A DNA stretch of 64,000 bases from an uncultured Bacilli bacterium (lineage in GTDB: Bacteria > Bacillota_I > Bacilli_A > RF39 > UBA660): the NCBI GenBank assembly GCA_934120635.1, contig CAKOUR010000001.1, forward strand, positions 60,696 through 124,695, in the 5' to 3' direction. Shown here piece after piece: positions 29,758-39,632 of the stretch (positions are counted from its first letter, which is position 1; every line of letters starts with the position of its first letter). Both the position numbers and the translations under genes were made by a program. Under the pieces are notes generated by a model that was not told the origin of the DNA, did no database searches, and saw only the letters and a list, made by a program, of their open reading frames with translations.

Positions 29758-29906
29758 TTAAAATTATTAAATTCTTACATTTGCTATTTAGATGGTAAAG
29801 TAATAATAGGCAATAAAAAGAAATAATAAACGGTTCTTTAATCTAAATAACTTCCAAGAAAAATAAGTATTTTACCTCTAAAAAACAAACAATGGTTCGT
29901 ATAAGT

Positions 29907-29935
29907 TTGACAATTATGTTAAATTATGTTATGAT
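29907..29935 (+). promoter_or_regulatory. Promoter TTGACA-17-TATGAT
   Basis: TTGACA at 29907-29912 and TATGAT at 29930-29935. RBS aatggaggt lies before the ATG at 29969. Confidence 0.5.
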
Positions 29936-29968
29936 ATAACTCGCTTGCCAAAAATGGAGGTATAAAAT

Positions 29969-30688
29969 ATGTTTAAAAAGAAAGTATTAGTAGTATTATT
30001 AAGTACTTCACTACTATTCTTAGTCACACTATTATTTGATGGTGGCACAAAACAACATAATATGTTCACTAGAATGGTTACATTATCTGATACTAAAGCA
30101 GAAAAAGGGCAAATAGATAATGATTTAAAGGTAATCGAAGTGGATACCAAAACGCAAGAAGAAACGAAAGTAGAAGATACAACTCTTAAAGAGGATAATA
30201 ATACTAGTACTGTAACAAATACTACAAATGAAGTACAACAAACTGAACAACCACAACAAGAAACAGTAGTGCAGCAGGAAGCAGTATATGAAGGATTAAC
30301 CTTAGACGAATTAGCAAGCAAACTCGATCGTTCATTTAAAAATGAATTATCCGGAAAAGGTTATTTATATGCTTCATATTCTTTAGAAAAAGGAGTAGAT
30401 CCTTATTTAGCTGCTGCAATATCATTAGAAGAAACAGGTTGTAACTGGAATTGTAGCAATTTAGTTAAGTCTTGTAATAATGTAGGAGGCATGAAAGGAT
30501 CTGGTTGTGGAAGCTATGGATACTTTAATACACTAGATGATGGAATTAGAGCATTCATTGACAATATTAGTAGAAACTATGTAGCTTATGGACTAACCAC
30601 AGCAGATACCATGAATCCCAAATATGCGGAAAACCCAGCATGGGCTGGTAATGTAAATCGTTATATTACTAGAATTCGTAATAACTAG
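29969..30688 (+). CDS. Secreted or membrane-anchored GH73-type peptidoglycan N-acetylglucosaminidase
   Basis: N-terminal hydrophobic segment VLVVLLSTSLLFLVTLLF and a Thr/Gln-rich linker. The C-terminal domain has the GH73 signature AAAISLEETG(C)NW...NNVGGMKG...YGYFNTLDDGIRAFIDNISRNY. Confidence 0.6.
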   Translation: MFKKKVLVVLLSTSLLFLVTLLFDGGTKQHNMFTRMVTLSDTKAEKGQIDNDLKVIEVDTKTQEETKVEDTTLKEDNNTSTVTNTTNEVQQTEQPQQETVVQQEAVYEGLTLDELASKLDRSFKNELSGKGYLYASYSLEKGVDPYLAAAISLEETGCNWNCSNLVKSCNNVGGMKGSGCGSYGYFNTLDDGIRAFIDNISRNYVAYGLTTADTMNPKYAENPAWAGNVNRYITRIRNN

Positions 30689-30720
30689 GAAAAATCAGGT
30701 AGTATTTTTCCTTTTTTTTT
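30688..30720 (+). terminator. Rho-independent terminator
   Basis: ggaaaaat caggtagt atttttcc followed by ttttttttt. Confidence 0.55.
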
Positions 30721-30744
30721 GGTATAATTTTACTTGAAAGTTAG

Positions 30745-31791
30745 GTGATAGAATTGGCAACTTATAGAAAAGGACAAGACTTTAGCAAAAATGAAGAAAT
30801 TAATTTAGGAGACTATACAATTTCTTTTGATAATATAAGGGAAGAAGAAAATTTAAGAATTATTTTTATGGGAACTCCATCATTTGCTATACCAGCACTT
30901 AAAGGACTAATTGAAAATTATGAAGTAGTAATGGTTGTATGTCAACCAGACCGAAAGAAAAATAGACATGGAGAAGTAATTTATCCAGAGGTAAAAAAAG
31001 TAGCCCTAGAATATGAAATTCCTATCTATCAACCAGAAAGTATTAAAGATAATTACGAAAAAGTATTAGACTGTAAACCAGATATGATTGTAACATGTGC
31101 ATATGGACAATTCATTCCAAAAGAAATCATTAACTACCCAAAATATGGATGTATCAATATTCATGGTTCACTTCTTCCTAAATACAGAGGAGGAGCCCCT
31201 ATCCATTGGGCGATGATGAATGGTGATAAAGAAACTGGAATTACTATCATGAAAACAACTTTAAAAATGGATGCTGGGGATATCATTAAACAAAAAAGTA
31301 CTTTTATCAAAGAAGATGAAAATTTAGAAACTTTATATGAAAGACTATCTTACCTAGGAAGAGACTTATTACTAGAAACCATTCCTACTATTTTAAATCA
31401 AACCGCCACTTATACTAAACAAGATGAAAATAAAGTAACCTTTGCCCTAAATGTTACGAAAGAAGAAATGAAAATAGATTTTAATAAAAAAGTAATAGAA
31501 GTTTATAATCAAATTAGAGGATTAAGTCCAAATCCTGGAGCATATGCCTTCTTAGAAGGAAAAAGAGTAAAAATTTATCAAGCATTAATATCAGATAAAA
31601 CCTTCAAAGGTGATCCTGGAAAAATTGTAAATATAGATGAAGAAAGTATTTCTGTAATGTGTCAAGATGGAGCAATTAAATTAATCGATATTGGTATAGA
31701 AGGAAAAAAGAGATGTTTAGTAAAAGATTATTTACATGGTATTCATGGAAAAAAATTATTAGGTAAGGTGTTTAATAATGAAAAAGAATAA
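30745..31791 (+). CDS. fmt: Methionyl-tRNA formyltransferase
   Basis: RIIFMGTPSFAIPALKGLIE, HGSLLPKYRGGAPI and the C-terminal Fmt domain. The ORF as given starts at a GTG about 37 codons upstream of the conserved N-terminus. The true start is uncertain (a TTG at about 30754 or an internal start near RIIFMGTP are both possible). Confidence 0.8.
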   Translation: MIELATYRKGQDFSKNEEINLGDYTISFDNIREEENLRIIFMGTPSFAIPALKGLIENYEVVMVVCQPDRKKNRHGEVIYPEVKKVALEYEIPIYQPESIKDNYEKVLDCKPDMIVTCAYGQFIPKEIINYPKYGCINIHGSLLPKYRGGAPIHWAMMNGDKETGITIMKTTLKMDAGDIIKQKSTFIKEDENLETLYERLSYLGRDLLLETIPTILNQTATYTKQDENKVTFALNVTKEEMKIDFNKKVIEVYNQIRGLSPNPGAYAFLEGKRVKIYQALISDKTFKGDPGKIVNIDEESISVMCQDGAIKLIDIGIEGKKRCLVKDYLHGIHGKKLLGKVFNNEKE

Positions 31792-32674
31792 AGAAGAGAA
31801 TTTAAGTGAAAAAGAATTAAATAAAGAAAAATTAACTAATGAACAAGAAGCAGAAAATCAAACCTTCAAAGAAAAATATAAAAATGATCCAAAGTATAAA
31901 GCTAAAGTTCAATTAATAGGATATGGATTGTTCATCTTATTTTTAATTGTATATTTAAATATAGCAAGTATGGGGGCAAAAAATACAAAACTAAGTAATA
32001 CAACGACTAAAAATAATGATAATATTCCCACTAAAGAAAATAATAACATAGAAACTAAAACGGATAAAGAATTAGGACAATGGCTAAAAGACATTGGAAC
32101 TAATTATGAATATGATGTTGTTGTTTCTTCAAAAAGTAAAAATGACAATGGAGAAGAGGCAAATACCCAAACTCACTATTGGGGAAAAAATTATCAAAAT
32201 AAAATGATAATTAATAAAGAAGCAAACGGATTAACAACTTACTTCCTTAAAGAAGATAATAACTACTATCTAAATGAATTAGATAATTATACTTTATCGA
32301 AAAAAGAAGCAGTTTATTCAGAAATAGATGAAGATATTATCGAATTTGATATGCTTAATCTCTTATTAAAAAATGCCAGTTTAGATCATGTAACCAATTA
32401 CTCTAGTGGAAAAAAAGAATATGAATATCATTTAAAGATAAGAGATATCATCAAAACTTATCAAGAAGATACAGAAATTTCTTTTGAAATTGTAATTGAA
32501 GATAATGTAGTTACAGTAGAAGTAGATTATGCTCCTATGATTAATATTGTAGAACAAGTAAAAAAACAAGAAGAATATAAAGTTACTTATCTTTACAAAA
32601 ATATAGGAAAGATAGAAGAATTCTCTGGAATAGAAAAAGATACTAAAACAGGAGAAACAACAAATGGAGAATAA
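31778..32674 (+). CDS. Hypothetical membrane-anchored protein
   Basis: One TM helix LIGYGLFILFLIVYLNIA after a K/E-rich N-terminus. No known motif. Overlaps fmt by 14 nt. Confidence 0.45.
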   Translation: MKKNKEENLSEKELNKEKLTNEQEAENQTFKEKYKNDPKYKAKVQLIGYGLFILFLIVYLNIASMGAKNTKLSNTTTKNNDNIPTKENNNIETKTDKELGQWLKDIGTNYEYDVVVSSKSKNDNGEEANTQTHYWGKNYQNKMIINKEANGLTTYFLKEDNNYYLNELDNYTLSKKEAVYSEIDEDIIEFDMLNLLLKNASLDHVTNYSSGKKEYEYHLKIRDIIKTYQEDTEISFEIVIEDNVVTVEVDYAPMINIVEQVKKQEEYKVTYLYKNIGKIEEFSGIEKDTKTGETTNGE

Positions 32675-33392
32675 AGTTGTCTTAGTAACAGGAGCAAGTT
32701 CAGGAATAGGTTCAGCAACGGCAAAATTATTTGCTAAAAATCATTATAATATCGTTCTTCAATATCATCAAAATGAAGAAAAAGCCCAAAAATTAGCAGA
32801 AGAAATTACTTCTACTTATCAAGTTAAAGTATTAAAAATTAAAGTAGATATTACGAAAGAAGAAGATATTCTAAGAATGAAAGAAGAAATCAAAAATACT
32901 TCACTAAAATTAACGGGAATTATTAATAATGCTGCAATTGCTATAGATACATTACCAGAAGATAAAACAGTTGCTGATTTTAAAAAAGTAGTAAGTACAA
33001 ATTTAATAGGTCCTTTTATGACTTATAAATATCTTGCTAGTTTAATGGATAAAGGCTTTATTATTAATATTGGTAGTACTAATGGAATAGATTCCTATTA
33101 TCCATATAGTATGGATTATGATGCTTCAAAAGCAGGACTACATATTTTAACAAAAGATATGGCAGTTGATTTAGGCCCAAATATTAGAGTAAATGCCGTA
33201 GCACCAGGATGGGTAGAAACCCCAATGAACGAAAGTTTAACTAAAGAATATAAACAAGAAGAAATCAAAAAAATCATAATGAATCGCTTTGCAACCCCAG
33301 AAGAAATTGCAGAAGTAATTTATTTTTTAGCAAGTGATAAAGCAAGTTATATCAATGGAGCAGTAATTGTTGTTGACGGTGGTAGAAAGTAA
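32664..33392 (+). CDS. SDR family NAD(P)-dependent oxidoreductase (FabG-like)
   Basis: VVLVTGASSGIGSATA with catalytic YxxxK in YDASKAG. Confidence 0.75.
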   Translation: MENKVVLVTGASSGIGSATAKLFAKNHYNIVLQYHQNEEKAQKLAEEITSTYQVKVLKIKVDITKEEDILRMKEEIKNTSLKLTGIINNAAIAIDTLPEDKTVADFKKVVSTNLIGPFMTYKYLASLMDKGFIINIGSTNGIDSYYPYSMDYDASKAGLHILTKDMAVDLGPNIRVNAVAPGWVETPMNESLTKEYKQEEIKKIIMNRFATPEEIAEVIYFLASDKASYINGAVIVVDGGRK

Positions 33393-33401
33393 GGGATAGA
33401 T

Positions 33402-35225
33402 ATGTGTGGAATAAATGGAATAGTAAGTAAAATCAAAAAAAAAGAAGAACTCATTCATAAAATGAATGATAGAATACTACATCGTGGTCCTAATGCCGAA
33501 GGAGTTTACGTTGATGAAAAATTAGCACTAGGTCAAAGAAGATTATCAATTATAGATTTAGCAGGAGGAAACCAACCAATATATAATGAAGATAAAAGCA
33601 TTTTAGTAATGTACAATGGAGAAATCTATAATTATCAAGAATTAAAAAAAGAACTAAAAAATCATAAATTTAAAACCAACAGTGATACAGAAGTATTAGT
33701 ACATGGCTATGAAGAATGGGGATATGATTTATTAAAGAAATTAAGAGGAATGTTTGCTTTTTGCATTTATGATAAAAATAAAAATGAATTATTTATTGCT
33801 AGAGATCATTTTGGAATAAAACCTCTTTATTATTATCAAAACAAAGAAGGATTTCTCTTCGCTTCAGAAATCAAAAGCTTCTTAGAAATCCCATTTTTTC
33901 ATAAAGAATTAAATAAAGAAATGTTAGGAGCATACTTAACCTTTAGCTTTACCCCAGGAGAAAAAACTTTTTTCAAAGATGTCTATAAATTAGAACCAGG
34001 TCACTATATGATTTATAATCTTAATACTAACAAAAAAAAGATAAATAAGTATTTTAAATTAGAATTCTCCAAAACAGATAAAAGTTATGATGAAGTAGTA
34101 AATGAAATTAGTACTACCATGAAAGATAGTGTAAAACATCATTTAATCAGTGATGTTGAAGTAGGATCGTTCCTATCTAGTGGAATAGATTCTTCCTATC
34201 TTGTTAGTTTAGCAAGACCAGACAAAACTTACACAGTTGGCTACGAAAATAAAAAATATAGTGAAATTGAGTATGCAAAAGACTTAACCAATCGTCTTGG
34301 AATTACCAATATTTCTGATAAAATTAGCAAACAAGAATACATGAAAGCAATCTCTGATGTTTACTATCACATGGATGAACCAACAACTGATGCTTGTTCT
34401 ATTGCAGTATATTTTTTATCTAAATTAGCAAGCAAAGATGTAAAAGTAGTATTATCAGGAGAAGGTGCTGATGAATTTTTTGGAGGATATAACAGCTATG
34501 ACGACCATCCTTATACCAAACTTCCTTTATGGATTAGAAAAAGCGTAGCAGCAGTTTGTAAAATCTTACCCAAAAATAAATATACCAGATATTTAATTCG
34601 AAGAGGAAAATCATTAGAAGAATCATACGTAAGTATTAATAGAAATTTTTATGATGACGAATTAAATGATATCTTAAATTTTAAAGATTACTTAAAAAAT
34701 AAAGACATTGTTAAAAATACTTACCAAGAATACAAAGATGAAAATGAATTAAATAAAAAGCTAGCCATAGATATTCGTTATTGGTTAAGTGATAATATTT
34801 TATTAATTGTAGATAAGATGACTATGGCCTTTTCAATAGAGTCCCGTGTTCCTTTTACGGATATAGATGTCTTTAAAGTAGCATCAACTTTACCAAAAGA
34901 ATATAAAGTAAAAGATAAAACAACCAAAGTAGCATTAAGAGAAGCCGCCAAAAAAGATATTCCAAATGAAAGTTATAAAAAGAAAAAATTAGGTTTTCCC
35001 GTTCCTATTCGTGAATGGATTAAAGAAGATGATTTTTATCAAGAAATCAAAAATACTTTCTCTCTTGAAATAGCAGATGAATTATTCCAAAAGAAAAATA
35101 TTATGAAACTACTAGAAGATCATAAAAATGGGGTAAAAGATAATTATCGAAAGATTTGGGCAATATATAGTTTCTTAAAATGGTATGAAGTATTCTTTTT
35201 AGAAGAAAATACTTCCAAAGAATAA
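33402..35225 (+). CDS. asnB: Asparagine synthetase B (glutamine-hydrolysing)
   Basis: N-terminal nucleophile MCGINGIV and PP-loop SGIDSS (LSSGIDSSYLVSL). 607 aa. Confidence 0.85.
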   Translation: MCGINGIVSKIKKKEELIHKMNDRILHRGPNAEGVYVDEKLALGQRRLSIIDLAGGNQPIYNEDKSILVMYNGEIYNYQELKKELKNHKFKTNSDTEVLVHGYEEWGYDLLKKLRGMFAFCIYDKNKNELFIARDHFGIKPLYYYQNKEGFLFASEIKSFLEIPFFHKELNKEMLGAYLTFSFTPGEKTFFKDVYKLEPGHYMIYNLNTNKKKINKYFKLEFSKTDKSYDEVVNEISTTMKDSVKHHLISDVEVGSFLSSGIDSSYLVSLARPDKTYTVGYENKKYSEIEYAKDLTNRLGITNISDKISKQEYMKAISDVYYHMDEPTTDACSIAVYFLSKLASKDVKVVLSGEGADEFFGGYNSYDDHPYTKLPLWIRKSVAAVCKILPKNKYTRYLIRRGKSLEESYVSINRNFYDDELNDILNFKDYLKNKDIVKNTYQEYKDENELNKKLAIDIRYWLSDNILLIVDKMTMAFSIESRVPFTDIDVFKVASTLPKEYKVKDKTTKVALREAAKKDIPNESYKKKKLGFPVPIREWIKEDDFYQEIKNTFSLEIADELFQKKNIMKLLEDHKNGVKDNYRKIWAIYSFLKWYEVFFLEENTSKE

Positions 35226-35305
35226 ACCATCATTAAAGCCTAAAATGAACAATTAGAGTTAACCAAGATAAAGTTAAAAATAAGTATTTTAATAAAGGAG
35301 AATAT

Positions 35306-36112
35306 ATGACAAAATTTATTCAAAGTGAAAAATTCTTTATGCCAATTATCTATATTGGCTTTGGAATAATTATTTATTTAATTATTGCCAAAATTATTGA
35401 TGACTTAAGCAAAATAAATATTAAACACGTAGTTGGCAAAGGAAACGGTGTAGATAAAAGGAAAAAAACCGTAATCAACTTATTTAAAAATATTATAAAG
35501 TATATCATTGCAATTATTGTTATTGTTCTAATACTAAACTTATACGGCGTTAATACTACTAGTATAATAGCATCTATCGGAGTAGCAGGTGCCGTAATAG
35601 GTCTTGCTTTTCAAGATATTATCAAAGATTTTTTAGCAGGAATATTTATTATCTTTGATAATGCTTATGCCGTTGGAGATTGGGTAGAAATAAACGGATT
35701 TAAAGGAGAAGTAATCTCTCTAGGATTAAAAACGACTAAAGTAAAAGCCTATACAGGAGAAGTCATGATACTATCTAATTCTTCTTTTAATAAAGTAGTA
35801 AATTATAATTTAAATCATACTAAATTAATATTAACTTTACCCGTAGCTTATAATACCAAAATAGAGGATTTAGAAAATATCCTAAATGGATTAAAAGAAG
35901 AAATTGTAAAAAAGAAATATGTCTATTCAATGGAATTACTTGGAGTAGATGAATTTGCAAGTAGTAGCATAAATTATGCAATCATGATTGACTGTGCAGC
36001 AATGAAACATGTAGGAATAAAAAGGGAAGTATTAAAATTAATTAAAGTCACTTTTGACAAAGAAGGAATAGAAATTCCTTATCAAAAAATTGATATCAAT
36101 ATAGAAAAGTAG
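35306..36112 (+). CDS. Small-conductance mechanosensitive channel (MscS family)
   Basis: Three TM helices and the MscS beta domain GDWVEINGFKGEVISLGLKTTKVKAYTGEVMILSNSS. Confidence 0.8.
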   Translation: MTKFIQSEKFFMPIIYIGFGIIIYLIIAKIIDDLSKINIKHVVGKGNGVDKRKKTVINLFKNIIKYIIAIIVIVLILNLYGVNTTSIIASIGVAGAVIGLAFQDIIKDFLAGIFIIFDNAYAVGDWVEINGFKGEVISLGLKTTKVKAYTGEVMILSNSSFNKVVNYNLNHTKLILTLPVAYNTKIEDLENILNGLKEEIVKKKYVYSMELLGVDEFASSSINYAIMIDCAAMKHVGIKREVLKLIKVTFDKEGIEIPYQKIDINIEK

Positions 36113-36122
36113 TGAGGTAAAA

Positions 36123-36713
36123 ATGAGAAAAACAGAAAAAGTAGAAATATTTAAAACAGAAATAAATTATGTAAAAGATGCCGAAAGAAGAAAAGACTTA
36201 AAAACATTAATTGGATTATTACCAGACTATTTCTTTGAAATACCAGCATCATCTACTGGAAAATATCACCCATCATTTTCGTTAGGAGAAAAAGGATTAG
36301 TACGCCATACTAAAGCCGCTGTTAGAATTGGATATGAACTTTTAAATAACAATACAGTAGGTGCTAAATTTGATAGTAAGGATAAAGATTTAATTATTAT
36401 TGCCTTAACCCTACATGATGGATTAAAAAGTGGAATAGAACATAGTAAATATACAAAATTTGATCATCCATTATTAATATCAAAGTTAATTATGGAAAAT
36501 AAAGATAAATTATCTATGGAAGTTGATGATATTAGAAAAGTTTGCACAATGATAGAATCTCATATGGGAGAATGGACATACGATAATTATCAAAAAAAAG
36601 AAGTCTTGCCAAAACCTAGAACATCTGAACAAAGATTTGTTCACATGTGTGACTTCTTAGCCAGTAGAAAATTTTTAGATATTAAATTTGAAAACAATGA
36701 AATTGTAGAATAA
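36123..36713 (+). CDS. HD-domain phosphohydrolase
   Basis: HTKAAVRIGYELL...LHDGLKSG (H...HD). 196 aa. Confidence 0.55.
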   Translation: MRKTEKVEIFKTEINYVKDAERRKDLKTLIGLLPDYFFEIPASSTGKYHPSFSLGEKGLVRHTKAAVRIGYELLNNNTVGAKFDSKDKDLIIIALTLHDGLKSGIEHSKYTKFDHPLLISKLIMENKDKLSMEVDDIRKVCTMIESHMGEWTYDNYQKKEVLPKPRTSEQRFVHMCDFLASRKFLDIKFENNEIVE

Positions 36714-36724
36714 AAAATTCTTCA

Positions 36725-36740
36725 TTGTAAGTACTTACAA
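36725..36740. terminator. Perfect 16-bp palindrome TTGTAAGTACTTACAA between convergent genes (bidirectional hairpin)
   Basis: Read directly. It lies between the HD gene stop (36713) and the minus-strand gene stop (36752). Confidence 0.45.
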
Positions 36741-36751
36741 AAGGATTTAAA

Positions 36752-37255
36752 TTATGATTGAATAAAGAAAGTAGGGGAATAATCTTCAAGATTAGAATAC
36801 TCTACTTTTTCTTGCTTTAGAGAATGATTTTCTTTTAAATTTGAAGAACTCTGCTGATAATGAGATAGATTTTGGTTAGTACTTACATAACTTTTTCTTT
36901 TACTTCTATAAGAACTGTCGGTTTCATCCTTAAAAGCAGAGGCAACTCTAAGCATAGATTTCATATTATTCATAACAGGACCAACTTGTTTAACTAAAGG
37001 AATAGTTTGATTAATTACTCCCAAAGTTTTTGAAGTTCCATTAATTAATCCACTCCAATTAATAGAACGAAGACCTGCTATTCCGTTCCCTAAACTTCTT
37101 ATTAATCCGGCTCCTTTAGTAGCCCCACCAGCAGCACCAAGCGATCCTGCTCTTACTAATCCAGGAGCGGCTCCTATCATTCCTCTGGCCATCGGCTGTG
37201 CCATCATGTATGGAGAAAATCTCGGTATAAAAAAAGGTTGATTATACATCTTCAT
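36752..37255 (-). CDS. Hypothetical Gly/Ala-rich protein
   Basis: MKMYNQPFFIPRFSPYMMAQPMARGMIGAAPGLVRAGSLGAAGGATKGAGLIRSLGNGIAGL... is low-complexity with a Ser-rich C-terminus. No TM helix and no known motif. Confidence 0.4.
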   Translation of the reverse strand: MKMYNQPFFIPRFSPYMMAQPMARGMIGAAPGLVRAGSLGAAGGATKGAGLIRSLGNGIAGLRSINWSGLINGTSKTLGVINQTIPLVKQVGPVMNNMKSMLRVASAFKDETDSSYRSKRKSYVSTNQNLSHYQQSSSNLKENHSLKQEKVEYSNLEDYSPTFFIQS

Positions 37256-37305
37256 TTCACCTCTTTACTATAATCTATGTAAAAAACTAGGAAAAGTGAA
37301 AAAAA

Positions 37306-37316
37306 TGTGCTAAAAT
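37306..37316 (+). promoter_or_regulatory. Extended -10 promoter element TGTGCTAAAAT upstream of pilC
   Basis: tgtgctaaaat at 37306-37316. No good -35. RBS ggaggg lies before the ATG at 37349. Confidence 0.35.
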
Positions 37317-37348
37317 AGATTTATCAAATAGAATATGGAGGGCATATT

Positions 37349-38713
37349 ATGGGAAGTTTAAAAAAAATAATTCAAGCCTTAAACCAACCAATCGGTGGCT
37401 CAAAAGGAAATGATAAAGCTAGTAACGCAAAAAGAGAAAAAAATTTAAAACTAAAAGTAATGGAACTAACTCCACAAGATGCTATTAAAAATACAAAAAA
37501 TATCCGTTATCGATATAAAGTTAGAGACAAACAAGGAAATATATCTGATGGAAAATTAGATGCCCTTTCTAAATTAGATGTTCACTCCTTTTTAATGAAT
37601 CAAGGATATGATGTCCTAACAATTGAAGAAGATGAATTATTTAATAAACTAGGGTTGGTACAGTTAACAACAAGACAAATGAAAGATAAAGACTTAAATT
37701 TTTTTCTAACTCAACTGTCTACTTATATCAAAGCAGGAATTCCCTTAATTGACTCCATTAATATTTTAGCAAAACAAGCAAGAAATAAGAAAACAAAAAA
37801 TTTATACAATCGATTAGTATTTGAATTGACAACAGGGGAAACTTTCAGCGAAGCACTAAATAAACAAGGGGCAGTTTTTCCTAAATTATTAATTAATATG
37901 ATAAAAACTTCAGAGTTAACTGGAAACTTAACTGGTGTATTAGATGATATGGCAGATTATTATAAAACAATAGATGAAAATAGAAAGCAAATTATCAGTG
38001 CAATGACATATCCGACAGTTATCTTTATTATTGCTATTGTCGTTTTAGTATATATTGTCTTATTCGTTGTACCAGAATTTACAGATATGTATGCACAAAT
38101 AGGCAGTAAATTACCTCCTATCACAACAATGATTGTTAGTCTCAGTGATTTTTTAGCAGCAAATTTATTATATGTAATTTTAGTAATCGTAGCAGTCTTT
38201 ACTATATTAATGATTATGTACAAAAATGTTACGACATTTAGATACTGGACACAATGGACATTAATGCATATACCTGTAGTAAAAAATATTGTAATCTATA
38301 AAGAAGTTATCATGTTTACCAAAACATTTGCTTCTCTTATTAACTACGATGTTTTCATCACTGATAGTATGGAAATTTTAGGAAAAGTAACTTCAAATGA
38401 GATATATAAAAATTTAATTAGAGATGCTGTCATTAATCTGAGTAATGGAAATGGAGTATCACCCGCATTCAAAGACAATTGGGCATTTCCACCAATTGCC
38501 TATGAAATGCTTTTAACAGGGGAAAGAACCGGAAGATTAGGGGCTATGATGGCAAAAGTGTCGGAATATTATAACACAGAACAAAAGAATTTAATTGCAC
38601 AATTAAAAAGTTTAATTGAACCAGTTATGATTATTTTTCTTGCTGTAATTGTAGGTATTGTACTATTAGCAGTAGTAGTTCCAATGTTTAGTATGTATGA
38701 ACAAATCGTTTAA
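37349..38713 (+). CDS. pilC: Type II secretion system F-family platform protein (type IV pilus PilC / competence ComGB-like)
   Basis: Two GspF/T2SSF repeats (FLTQLSTYIKAGIPLIDSINIL and FASLINYDVFITDSMEILG) and three TM helices. A ~60-aa N-terminal extension is present. Confidence 0.75.
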   Translation: MGSLKKIIQALNQPIGGSKGNDKASNAKREKNLKLKVMELTPQDAIKNTKNIRYRYKVRDKQGNISDGKLDALSKLDVHSFLMNQGYDVLTIEEDELFNKLGLVQLTTRQMKDKDLNFFLTQLSTYIKAGIPLIDSINILAKQARNKKTKNLYNRLVFELTTGETFSEALNKQGAVFPKLLINMIKTSELTGNLTGVLDDMADYYKTIDENRKQIISAMTYPTVIFIIAIVVLVYIVLFVVPEFTDMYAQIGSKLPPITTMIVSLSDFLAANLLYVILVIVAVFTILMIMYKNVTTFRYWTQWTLMHIPVVKNIVIYKEVIMFTKTFASLINYDVFITDSMEILGKVTSNEIYKNLIRDAVINLSNGNGVSPAFKDNWAFPPIAYEMLLTGERTGRLGAMMAKVSEYYNTEQKNLIAQLKSLIEPVMIIFLAVIVGIVLLAVVVPMFSMYEQIV

Positions 38714-38733
38714 TAAAGACAAGGAGGTATACG

Positions 38734-39498
38734 TTGGAAATATTTTATAAAGTAATGTTTTTTATTATAGGATCAGTAATGGGATCATTCTTTCATGTAG
38801 TTGCAACACGACTTTCTAATGATGAATCAATCATTAGTCCAGGATCTCATTGTCCAAAATGTAATCACTATCTAAAATGGTATGAAAATATCCCAATCTT
38901 TTCTTATCTATTTTTAAGAGGAAAATGTAGTAACTGTAAAAGTAAAATTCCAATTAGTTATGTTATTGTAGAAATTGTTACAGGATTATTATATGCAGCA
39001 TGCTATCATTCATTTAAATTTAGCTTTGACTTAGCAATTGCTTTAATATTTGTATCAGCACTAATTACTGTTATAGTAAGTGATATAGAATATATGATTA
39101 TTTTAGATGAAGTATTAATCTTTTCTACTTTATTATTAGCTATTTTATATATTTTTGGAAAAGGATTAGAAGTAGCAGCTTATCATATTTATTCAGGAGT
39201 AGGTGCTTTTCTAGCCATGTATGCTATAAAATGGATTGGAGATAAAGCTTTTCAAAAAGAATCTCTTGGAGGAGGAGATATAAAATTAATGTTTTTATTT
39301 GGAATGGTATTAGGATTACCAATGTCAATCTGCACTATCTTTTTAGCAACATTCATTGCTTTTCCAGTAGCACTAATAATCTTATTTTCAGATAAAGAAA
39401 ATATTATCCCCTTTGGTCCATTTCTTAGTATGGCAGCAATATTAATTATGGTCTCAAAACTCCAATTAACAGATTTATTAGAAAAATTAATAAAATAA
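38734..39498 (+). CDS. pilD: Prepilin peptidase (A24 family, PilD/ComC)
   Basis: Zn-binding tetracysteine CPKCNHYLKWYENIPIFSYLFLRGKCSNCKSKI and catalytic Asp residues in ...VSDIEYMIILDE... and ...GGGDIKLM... TTG start. Confidence 0.8.
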   Translation: MEIFYKVMFFIIGSVMGSFFHVVATRLSNDESIISPGSHCPKCNHYLKWYENIPIFSYLFLRGKCSNCKSKIPISYVIVEIVTGLLYAACYHSFKFSFDLAIALIFVSALITVIVSDIEYMIILDEVLIFSTLLLAILYIFGKGLEVAAYHIYSGVGAFLAMYAIKWIGDKAFQKESLGGGDIKLMFLFGMVLGLPMSICTIFLATFIAFPVALIILFSDKENIIPFGPFLSMAAILIMVSKLQLTDLLEKLIK

Positions 39499-39533
39499 GA
39501 TAAAACAAAAAAGGTAAGTATTTTATTTAACAT

Positions 39534-39563
39534 TGACATAAACTAATGCATTTAATGTATAAT
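39534..39563 (+). promoter_or_regulatory. Promoter TTGACA-17/18-TATAAT upstream of murG
   Basis: TTGACA at 39534-39539 and tgTATAAT at 39556-39563. A second extended -10 ttTGaTATAAT is at about 39592. Confidence 0.45.
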
Positions 39564-39632
39564 TATAATGAGATATTTACTTTTTTGGTAGTTATTTGAT
39601 ATAATAATAAGACATGTAAAGAGGTGAATTTA

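Noticed and set aside
29758-29906. About 150-nt AT-rich non-coding stretch after polC as a possible small RNA
   Set aside because: No convincing conserved secondary structure or promoter/terminator pair bounds it. It is more likely spacer plus the promoter of the downstream GH73 gene.
29929-30321. 130-aa minus-strand ORF antisense to the GH73 gene
   Set aside because: It is antisense to a CDS with clear GH73 motifs, has Cys/Ser-rich junk composition and has no RBS.
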